NCBI RefSeq assembly: GCF_042660085.1
Contig: NZ_JBHSTI010000008.1
Span: 1 to 32,000 of the forward strand
Length of the DNA: 32,000 bases
Reading direction: 5' to 3'
Origin: Longivirga aurantiaca
GTDB taxonomy: Bacteria; Actinomycetota; Actinomycetes; S36-B12; CAIYMF01
The notes beneath the pieces are model-generated. The model had not been told where the DNA came from. It was given only the letters and a program-made list of their open reading frames with translations, and did no database searches. Within the stretch, counting starts at the first letter, position 1. Each line of letters opens with the position of its first letter. Made by a program: the position numbers and the translations under genes. Below, piece by piece: positions 8,196-15,211 of the stretch.

Positions 8196-8720
8196 GTGCC
8201 GACGGCTTCGGGCGATGCCGCCTCCCGGCTCGACGCCCTGGAGGCGCGGCTGCGCCTGCTCGAGGACGAGCGCGCGATCCGCGACCTGCTCTCGACCTAC
8301 AGCAGCCACGCTGACGCGATGCGCGACGACGACTGGCTGGCGCTGTGGTCGCAGGACGGGGCCATCGAGGTGGCGATGGGGGAGGGGTCGGCTCTGCTCG
8401 CCCGACCCGGCAGGTGGAGCGGCCCCGAGGGGCTCCGTGCCTTCATCACCAACCCTGATGGGCATCAGCGACCAGGGTTCTACGGGCGAAGCATGCACAT
8501 GCACGGCAACAACTCGATCGTCGTCGTCGACGGCGACGACGCGCGGGCGACGACGTACTCGTTGCTGCTGCAGAGGATCGGTGACCAGACGGTCGTGGTC
8601 GGGGCGGGCGTCAGCGCGTGGCGCTTCCGACGCGAGGAGGGGTCGTGGGTGGTCGTCGAACGCCGACGGAGCGAGGTCGGCGCCGCCGAGACGGCCGAGC
8701 TCCTCGGCACGACTCGCTAG
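8196..8720 (+). CDS. SnoaL-like / NTF2-fold family protein
   Basis: 174 aa with a GTG start 3 nt after the upstream stop. The N-terminal helix RLDALEARLRLLEDERAIRDLLSTYS is typical of SnoaL_4-type proteins. Confidence 0.65.
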   Translation: MPTASGDAASRLDALEARLRLLEDERAIRDLLSTYSSHADAMRDDDWLALWSQDGAIEVAMGEGSALLARPGRWSGPEGLRAFITNPDGHQRPGFYGRSMHMHGNNSIVVVDGDDARATTYSLLLQRIGDQTVVVGAGVSAWRFRREEGSWVVVERRRSEVGAAETAELLGTTR

Positions 8721-8990
8721 CGCAAGGATCCGCCCGGCACTCCTGCGAACCGTGCCTCGGTCACATCGAGCGGGTGCGGGATGCCCGGGTCATGTTTCCC
8801 TGTCGAGCCTTGGAGGTGGTGCGGTTGCATCGGCTGGAGGTCGATGTTGAGCAAGGCTCAGAAGGCCAAGCGAGTGGCGTGGGCTAAACGTGGGCTAAGC
8901 AACGGCGAATCGGAGTGAAGCGGAGTGTCTAAAGGTTCTTCGGGTGAGATTGGCGAAGCCCCATATCCCGTGCAACGAGCGGGATTTCCG

Positions 8991-9034
8991 TGGAGCGGGT
9001 GACGGGAATCGAACCCGCACTGTCAGCTTGGGAA
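8991..9034 (-). pseudogene. 3' half of a tRNA-Gly(CCC) gene (anticodon loop to CCA) with no 5' half; att-site-like remnant
   Basis: The minus strand reads TTCCCAA GCTGA CAGT GCGGG TTCGATT CCCGT CACCCGC T CCA. These parts are the anticodon loop, the 3' anticodon stem, a 4-nt variable loop, the T arm, the 3' acceptor, the discriminator and CCA. The required partners TCAGC (5' anticodon stem) and GCGGGTG (5' acceptor) are absent upstream, where the sequence is GGCAAC / GAGAACC. Confidence 0.75.
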
Positions 9035-9275
9035 GTTGCCCAAGTGCACGAATCGGACAGGTTCTCCTGGGGTTGCGTTCGACGTGAGGGCTGTGCACGT
9101 TCGGGGGCCAAAGGCGAATACCTCTTGAGGGGCGGTGTCGGACGGGGATGGCACCATCGCTTCATCGGATGCCTTGGGCGACCGAACTTTGACGGTCGTC
9201 GGCCGAAGCAAGACGAGTGTTGCGTGACTGGTCCACCAGTCGTCGGCTGGCTCTGGACTTGAGTGGGGAAGGGCG

Positions 9276-11207
9276 ATGACTGCTTCAGACGTCGAGGTGC
9301 GTCGCCAACTCGCGGCTGCTCGAGCTTCGCTGACAGGAGCTGCCCCTGGCCTCGTTCCGACAGGCATTGCGATCCCACAGGAAGGGCAGATGTACGCGGC
9401 CGGTTCTGCGTCACCGCTCCTCGCCCGCGCCATGGTGCAGCTTGCTTCTGGATTGTTCGTCCCCCAGGGCGTCGCACGTGAGAAGTACCCCATAGACCTG
9501 ATGGCCACCTTCGTCACAGCGAGCGAGATCTTCGGCCGCCGCCTAGAACCGGGCATCGTCCAGTACGTGCTCGAGCGCACACCACGAGTCTCGGGAATCC
9601 AGTTCTGTGTCGAACTGACCCGCCGCTTGAACACACACGGAGGGGATTGGCGAACCCTCCAAGATGAGCTGCTGTCACGGTGGTTCACCCCAGAGGGTGC
9701 CACGCGTGCGAGGGCACTCGTGTCCGATGGGAATCGCCGGCTGGTTGCGGAGCAAGGGGTGCTCATGCTGCTCAAGAGAGTCCTGCAGTGGTGCCCGGAG
9801 CAAGTTCCCGAAGACGACGTGGAAGGGCCCGCAGGACTGGTGCTCGCCTACTTCGCGCTCGCAGACGATGACGGGGAGTCCGTGCCGTCGGGCGTCGAAG
9901 ACCTGACGCCCGAGCAGTCGCAGCGACTTGCTGCCGAAGTCGTGAGCAACCAGTGGTTCCATACCGATCAGGACATCGTAAGTCTCTTCGCCCGACACGC
10001 TGGCCGATGGGCACCGACCGAAGTCGAGCCGCAGCCTCGCGTCCTGTACCAGCGGGCTACCGGGCTGAGGCTGGAGCTACTCGAGAGCGTGACTCTCGCG
10101 ATCTGGGCAGTGACCCAAGGCGGCGCTGTCTGGACAAGCACGGAGCAGTTGATAGCAGCACTGGACTTCGACGCGGCAGACGTCCAGCAAGTACTCGACC
10201 ACCTCAGTCTTACTCCCGAACAAATGCGTGATCAGATACGCGACGAGGAATCTTTGCGCGGGCAGGATTGGAGTTTCGCCGCGTTCGAGCAGTTCCCTCT
10301 CATCGCCGACGGCGGCGGGGTCGTTGTCGTGTCCCCGAGTCTGCTCTTGCGCCGTGTGTTCTCGTGGACTCTTACCTGGGACGTCCGAGCCAGTTCCGCC
10401 ATCTCGAGGACGCAAGTGGAGCGGTTCGTTGCCCTCATTCGTGCCCGTGCGGAGGAGCAGATCAGGGAGGCCTTCTCGGGCATCTATCCGGGGCTGCCCA
10501 CCAAGCGCGTTTACACGGAGGATGAGCAGGCGAGCGCGTTTGCGACGGGCAAGGATCTTCCTCCCCGAGCCGACCTGGTGGTCGATGACGTCGATTCGTG
10601 GCTCGTCGTCGAAATCACCTCAAGCATGCCGACCATGCAGACCATCGCCTCGTCGTCCGATCGTGCCTATCTCGATGACATCGAGAAGCTCTTGGCGAAG
10701 GTGAAACAGATCGACTCTTCCATTCGAATGCTGCGTGATCATGAATCTGCACTAACGGGGCACGCCGCGCGTGCGAGGCAGTTCATCCCTGTGCTCGTGT
10801 GCACCGAGGGCTTCCCCGTGAATCCGATGACGTTCGGCGAACTCACGCGTCGCATTCGCGAGCTCGGGCTACTGGACGGCGGCGACGTCATGTCACTGCG
10901 CCTGCTGAGCAGCGAGGATCTCGATGCAGCCGAGGCCTTCACGGAAACCAATGGGGTGGCACTGGCTGACCTGCTGCGCGATCACGCGGCGTCAGGGCTC
11001 CGAGCGTCGGATCTTCGCAGCTACATCATCTCGGAGCGAAACCCGTCACGGATCCGGCCGCATCGCCTGGATGGCTCGACGGATCCGGTCTTCGCGGCCC
11101 TCCTGGCGACGGTTCTTCCAAACGCTGCTCTAGGCGCGACAGAGGGGGACTCGCCCCCAACGCCGCTTGATCCGGGACCTTCTGACGGCCAATCCGCAGG
11201 GAGCTAG
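9276..11207 (+). CDS. Hypothetical protein, 643 aa, orphan; possible degenerate PD-(D/E)xK-like core near residues 430-450
   Basis: An uninterrupted 1.9-kb ORF in visibly lower-GC DNA. It uses codons that are rare in neighbouring genes (GCT, TCA, ACA, GGA, CAA, CTT). GGGGAAGGG lies upstream of the ATG. The protein composition looks real (acidic, helical) rather than R/G/P-rich. I recognised no family motif. Confidence 0.8.
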   Translation: MTASDVEVRRQLAAARASLTGAAPGLVPTGIAIPQEGQMYAAGSASPLLARAMVQLASGLFVPQGVAREKYPIDLMATFVTASEIFGRRLEPGIVQYVLERTPRVSGIQFCVELTRRLNTHGGDWRTLQDELLSRWFTPEGATRARALVSDGNRRLVAEQGVLMLLKRVLQWCPEQVPEDDVEGPAGLVLAYFALADDDGESVPSGVEDLTPEQSQRLAAEVVSNQWFHTDQDIVSLFARHAGRWAPTEVEPQPRVLYQRATGLRLELLESVTLAIWAVTQGGAVWTSTEQLIAALDFDAADVQQVLDHLSLTPEQMRDQIRDEESLRGQDWSFAAFEQFPLIADGGGVVVVSPSLLLRRVFSWTLTWDVRASSAISRTQVERFVALIRARAEEQIREAFSGIYPGLPTKRVYTEDEQASAFATGKDLPPRADLVVDDVDSWLVVEITSSMPTMQTIASSSDRAYLDDIEKLLAKVKQIDSSIRMLRDHESALTGHAARARQFIPVLVCTEGFPVNPMTFGELTRRIRELGLLDGGDVMSLRLLSSEDLDAAEAFTETNGVALADLLRDHAASGLRASDLRSYIISERNPSRIRPHRLDGSTDPVFAALLATVLPNAALGATEGDSPPTPLDPGPSDGQSAGS

Positions 11208-11366
11208 CCGTAGTCCGTTGATCTTGGTGTTGCTCACAAGTTGCTCACAGAGCATCTGGCACCCCCCACGTTTGGCCGGTACCTGCCGGACGGCTGCAAT
11301 CCTCTGACCTGCGGAAACGTCATCAGGCGTCACTCGCCATCACCCCCGATCACCCCCTCGAACCAA

Positions 11367-11411
11367 CTCGTAATGCGTAGGTCATCGGTTCGATTCCGAT
11401 AGGCGGCTCCA
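11367..11411 (+). pseudogene. 3' half of a tRNA-Thr(CGT) gene (anticodon loop to CCA) with no 5' half; att-site-like remnant
   Basis: CTCGTAA TGCGT AGGTC ATCGG TTCGATT CCGAT AGGCGGC T CCA. The required partners ACGCA (5' anticodon stem) and GCCGCCT (5' acceptor) are not present upstream, where the sequence is ACCAA / GCCATCA. Confidence 0.75.
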
Positions 11412-11418
11412 GCACATC

Positions 11419-11452
11419 GGCCCCTGGCCCGCGGAGACGCGGCACAGGGGCC
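11419..11452 (+). terminator. Hairpin immediately downstream of the tRNA-Thr remnant
   Basis: GGCCCCTG..CCGCG GAGA CGCGG..CAGGGGCC (8 + 5 bp) followed by ttgcgctttcg. This looks like the native tRNA terminator. Confidence 0.5.
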
Positions 11453-11606
11453 TTGCGCTTTCGTCGGGCCGTCGGCAGGGCACCTGTCGGGGCAACGTAC
11501 TGGACGCGTCCGGCGCTTCGTCGGGAGCCAGGTGGGCATCTCGCCCGACGGCACCGCGGGGCCGCGAGTCGAGCGCCTCAGGCACCGGCGTGACCATTGC
11601 TCGCCG

Positions 11607-12710
11607 CTACGCGCAGGCTTCGACGAGGGCGGCAGTGATCGAGTCGGTCTGCTCCTGCGACAGCCGGAGCACCGCCCACGCCCGTGCCTCGTCGGCGGCG
11701 GTCACAGACACGGCCACGCCCTGCACCGGGCGCCCCTGCAGCCAGCCGGCGTCGATCCAGAGCCCCGGCGGCCAGCCGGCGTAGATCCAGACCGGCGCCA
11801 GGCGCGGGCGGGCGCAGTCGAGCACCGCGAGCGGGACGGCCAGGTCGGCCGCTCCACCGGCCGGCACGGCGGCCACGGCGCTGCCCACGGCCACAGAGGG
11901 CGGAGGGTCGGGCACGGCCACGTCGGAGGCGACGAGCAGCCGCACAGGCAGCGTGCTGCTCACCGTCGCGTGCAGGGTGGCGGTCCGAACCTGGGTGCCG
12001 GGCTCGACGCGCATCGCGCTCATCGTCAGGCCGTCCTCCACCTGGGTCTGCAGGCACGTCCGCCGCAGGTGGGCGGACCAGTCCGCACCGTCGGCGGGGA
12101 TGTCGACCCGCCGTGTCAGGTCCCGTCCGTACCGGTCGATGCGGTGGACGAGCAGGTGGAAGTCCTCCCTCGTCGCAGACAGGGCGGACGGGTCCGTGCA
12201 GTCGACGATCGCGCGGACGGCGAAGGTGGGCGGGATCCGTGCGGCCACCGGGCGCTCGGTCGCGGTGCTTGCCCGCACTGCGGGACCGTCGACGCCCACG
12301 ATGTCGTACGCGCTCGGGTCGTCCTCGTCCGCGACCAGCGAGTAGACGCCGATCTGCATGTCGCGGTCCGCGTAGAGCCGGTGGTCGCCCAGCGAGGGGT
12401 CGAGCACCTCGGGGGAGAGCACCGAGACGCGCAGCACCGGGTCCGGGTCCGGGAGCCGGTCGCCGAGGGTGCCGAACCCCCACACCGCTGCGACGAGCAC
12501 GGCCGTGCCGAGGAGGGTCAGGACGGAGGCGGTGCGGCGGTGGCGCCGCAGCCACCCGCGGACGCCGAGACGCTCCATCCCGTCATCGAGGCGGCCGAGC
12601 ACGGTCGACGAGACGCCGTCGTCGAGGATCTCGGGCGCGCCTCTCCCGACGACCTCGTCGAGGTCGTCGGGGTCGAGCCGGGCCGAGGAGGCCCGTCCGT
12701 CGCCTCCCAC
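11607..12710 (-). CDS. Hypothetical single-pass membrane-anchored protein
   Basis: 367-aa ORF whose composition looks like a real protein, unlike the R/G/P-rich overlapping frames. It has one hydrophobic segment (TASVLTLLGTAVLVAAVWGF) after a charged N-terminus. The start is uncertain: GTG at 12710 or ATG at 12578. Confidence 0.65.
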   Translation of the reverse strand: MGGDGRASSARLDPDDLDEVVGRGAPEILDDGVSSTVLGRLDDGMERLGVRGWLRRHRRTASVLTLLGTAVLVAAVWGFGTLGDRLPDPDPVLRVSVLSPEVLDPSLGDHRLYADRDMQIGVYSLVADEDDPSAYDIVGVDGPAVRASTATERPVAARIPPTFAVRAIVDCTDPSALSATREDFHLLVHRIDRYGRDLTRRVDIPADGADWSAHLRRTCLQTQVEDGLTMSAMRVEPGTQVRTATLHATVSSTLPVRLLVASDVAVPDPPPSVAVGSAVAAVPAGGAADLAVPLAVLDCARPRLAPVWIYAGWPPGLWIDAGWLQGRPVQGVAVSVTAADEARAWAVLRLSQEQTDSITAALVEACA

Positions 12711-13030
12711 ACCGCCACGGTAGGCCGGCGCCGCGACGCGTTGCCACCGTTGCGAATCCTCGCGCGCAGGTAGCCGCCATCCGGCGCGCTACGTCGTGAT
12801 GTCATGCGCTTGAGGGCGGCAGATGACCGACCAGCCCATGGCACCCGATCGAGGACCCCCCTACAGAATCGGAGGTGATGCCCGCCGCGCAGAGTCCGCC
12901 TCCGCCGACCCAGCCGCCGAGCCTCCGCCGCCCCCGGCGGGACCGGTGGGTGACGACGTCACGCGTCGCAATCTCGCTCAGGGCATCCGGGGGGCGCCGT
13001 GGGCCTCTCGACGTGTCGTCCGAGGGCTGC

Positions 13031-14071
13031 TCAGCCTGCCGTCGGGAGCGCCGACTCGAGCTCGCGCAGCCGGGGGATGACGTCCTCGGCCATCTGGTGC
13101 AGGAACCGTGCCTGGTCGTGGCCGGGGCCGTGGAACACGAGGTGGTTGAGGCCTGCGTCGACGTACTGCTTGATCTGGGCGACGGCGTCGTCGGGGTCGC
13201 TGCTCACGATCCAGCGCTTGGCCACCTGCTCGATCGGCAGCTCGTCGGCGAGCCGCTCCATCTCCTCGGCCGACGACACGGTGTGCTTCTGCTCGGCGCT
13301 GAGCGACAGCGGGGCCCAGAACCGCGTGTTCTCGAGCGCCGCCGACGCGTCCCGGTCGTACGAGATCTTGATCTCGATCATCCGGTCGATGCCCTCGACC
13401 GAGCGCCCGACCGACGTCGCACCCTCAGCGAGCGCCGGCAGCAGGTCCTTCGTGTACAGGTCCATGCCCTTGCCCGAGGTGCAGATGAAGCCGTCGCCCA
13501 CGCGCCCGGCGTACTTCGCCATCTGCGGCCCGCCTGCTGCGACATAGATCGGGACGGCGATCTCGGGCTTGTCGTAGATCTTGGCGCCGACGGTCGTGTA
13601 GTGCTCGCCCTTGAAGTCCACGTGGCTCTCGGTCCAGAGCTGGCGCATGAGGTCGATGGCCTCGCGCAGGCGCGCGGCGCGCTCCCTGAACTCGGGCCAT
13701 TCGCGCCCGGAGACGGCGATCTCGTTGAGCGCCTCGCCGGTGCCGACGCCGAGCATGATCCGGCCGGGGGCGAGCAGCGCCATGGTGGCGAACGCCTGGG
13801 CGATGACGGCCGGGTTGTAGCGGAAGGTCGGCGTGAGCACGCTCGTGCCGATGGTCACGCGTTCCGTCCGCTCGGCCACCGCCGCCATCCACGCGAGCGC
13901 GAACGGCGCGTGGCCACCCGTCTCGCGCCAGGGCAGGAAGTGGTCGGAGGTGACGACGCTGTCCAGACCGACCTGCTCGGCCAGGACCGCGAACTCGACC
14001 AGGTCGCGCGGGCCGAACTGCTCGGCCGAGGCCTTGTAGCCGAGCTTGAGGGGCGGCGAGGTGCTGGTCAT
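13031..14071 (-). CDS. fgd: F420-dependent glucose-6-phosphate dehydrogenase
   Basis: 346 aa, near-colinear with my recollection of mycobacterial FGD1: [12 protein letters not shown], SDHFx[86 protein letters not shown] and LNHLVFH.PGHDQ. Confidence 0.93.
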   Translation of the reverse strand: MTSTSPPLKLGYKASAEQFGPRDLVEFAVLAEQVGLDSVVTSDHFLPWRETGGHAPFALAWMAAVAERTERVTIGTSVLTPTFRYNPAVIAQAFATMALLAPGRIMLGVGTGEALNEIAVSGREWPEFRERAARLREAIDLMRQLWTESHVDFKGEHYTTVGAKIYDKPEIAVPIYVAAGGPQMAKYAGRVGDGFICTSGKGMDLYTKDLLPALAEGATSVGRSVEGIDRMIEIKISYDRDASAALENTRFWAPLSLSAEQKHTVSSAEEMERLADELPIEQVAKRWIVSSDPDDAVAQIKQYVDAGLNHLVFHGPGHDQARFLHQMAEDVIPRLRELESALPTAG

Positions 14072-14328
14072 GTGGCGCGACGTCCTTCCGGGGTGGTGCG
14101 GAGCCAGGTGCGGGATGCGATCGGGCTGGCAGACTGCGCAGGCTCTCGAACGCCTCGCTGTGGACCTTTCTTCTCATTCTGTCCCGCGTCGGGGCGGCGC
14201 ACGACCCGGGGTGAGGTCACTCCGCGGGCTTCGCGGCACCCTGCCGACCCGGTCGTGCTCGGGCGAGTGGTGCCTTGGGCGGACGCCTGCCGACCGGTAG
14301 GTCCGCCGACGGAACGGCGCCTGCTTTC

Positions 14329-15165
14329 ATGGGCGGCATGGACGACACCGTGCTCCGCGACCTGGTGGGCGACTCCGGGCACATCCAGGTGCGCATCGAC
14401 GACGGCATCGCGGTCGTGGCGTTCGACAGGCCCGACAAGCACAACGCCATCTCGTTCGAGATGTGGTCGGCGCTCGCCCGCATCTTCCCCGCGCTCGACG
14501 CCGATCCCGACGTCGACATCGTCCTCGTGACGGGATCGCCGGGCGGGCCGTTCAGCGCCGGCGCCGACATCGCGGAGTTCCGCACGCTCCGCTCGGACGC
14601 CGCCGGCGCCGCGCGCTACGGCGAGGCGGTCGAGGCGGGCGAGCGCGCGATCATCGCCTGCTCCAAGCCGACGATCGCCGCGATCGAGGGCTTCGCCATC
14701 GGCGGCGGCACCCAGGTCGCCGTCGCGTGCGACCTGCGCGTGTGCGGCACCGGCTCGCGTTTCGGCGTGACGCCCGCCCGCCTCGGGATCGTCTACTCGC
14801 TGCCCTCGACCGAACGGCTCGTCGAGACCGTCGGCGCCGCATGGGCGAGGTGGATCCTGCTCACGGGCGACCTGCTCGACGCCGACGCCGCGCAGCGGAT
14901 CGGCCTGGTGCACGAGGTCGTCGCCGACGACCAGGTGGCAGACCGCGGCCTCGAGCTCGCGCGGTCGTTGGCCGCACGCGCCCAGCTGTCGCTGGTCGGC
15001 GGCAAGGCGATGGTCGACCGCGTGGTGCACGGGCTGCTCGAGGAGGACGACGAGGTGCGCGCGGTCTACGAAGCCTCGTGGTCGAGCGCCGAGTACGCCG
15101 AGGGCGTGGCTGCGTTCCTCGACAAGCGCACGCCCGACTTCCGGGCGGCCCGCGGCCGCCCGTAG
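14329..15165 (+). CDS. Enoyl-CoA hydratase/isomerase family protein
   Basis: Crotonase pattern: VVAFDRPDKHNAIS, PFSAGADIAEF, IEGFAIGGG. The start is ambiguous: ATG at 14329 or 14338, while the ORF track uses TTG at 14275. Confidence 0.85.
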   Translation: MGGMDDTVLRDLVGDSGHIQVRIDDGIAVVAFDRPDKHNAISFEMWSALARIFPALDADPDVDIVLVTGSPGGPFSAGADIAEFRTLRSDAAGAARYGEAVEAGERAIIACSKPTIAAIEGFAIGGGTQVAVACDLRVCGTGSRFGVTPARLGIVYSLPSTERLVETVGAAWARWILLTGDLLDADAAQRIGLVHEVVADDQVADRGLELARSLAARAQLSLVGGKAMVDRVVHGLLEEDDEVRAVYEASWSSAEYAEGVAAFLDKRTPDFRAARGRP

Positions 15166-15211
15166 GTTGGCGACCGCTCGTCCGTCGGCGGGCCCGGAGC
15201 AGGAGGCAGGC

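Noticed and set aside
8991-9066. Attempt to fold a complete 76-nt tRNA-Gly on the minus strand, and likewise a complete tRNA-Thr at 11336..11411
   Set aside because: The 3' acceptor strands (CACCCGC and AGGCGGC) have no complementary 5' strands at the expected distance, and the 5' anticodon-stem strands do not pair. Only the 3' ~45 nt are tRNA-like, so I call them remnants rather than tRNA genes.
8895-9775. ORFs 8895..9098 -, 8929..9477 -, 8990..9262 +, 9023..9775 - and 9263..9481 + around the tRNA-Gly remnant
   Set aside because: They run through the tRNA-derived sequence or the start of the 643-aa ORF, have no ribosome-binding sites and have odd compositions. They could hide a decayed integrase fragment, but I could not recognise one.
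10725-10742. R-x4-H (RMLRDH) in the orphan protein as a HEPN RNase motif
   Set aside because: A six-residue pattern of this kind occurs by chance frequently, and no surrounding HEPN helical context could be recognised. It is too weak to report as a feature.
11229-11250. TTGCTCACA repeats as DnaA boxes (they resemble the actinobacterial TTGTCCACA)
   Set aside because: Two central mismatches in both copies, no dnaA/dnaN context and no AT-rich unwinding element. Arm-type or iteron-like binding sites are a better fit.
8878-11358. Possibility that the short tandem repeats represent a CRISPR array or a minisatellite
   Set aside because: Each repeat word occurs only twice, is 10-11 nt long and is directly adjacent with no spacers. 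There are no cas genes. This is not CRISPR-like.
9037-11366. Islet as an insertion sequence or transposon
   Set aside because: I found no terminal inverted repeats or flanking target-site duplication, and the single ORF has no DDE, serine or tyrosine recombinase motifs I can recognise.
12950-12962. Palindrome GTGACG-A-CGTCAC in the 320-bp gap downstream of fgd as a CRP-type site
   Set aside because: The spacing (GTGA-N5-TCAC) does not match the TGTGA-N6-TCACA consensus, and short GC-rich palindromes are frequent by chance here.
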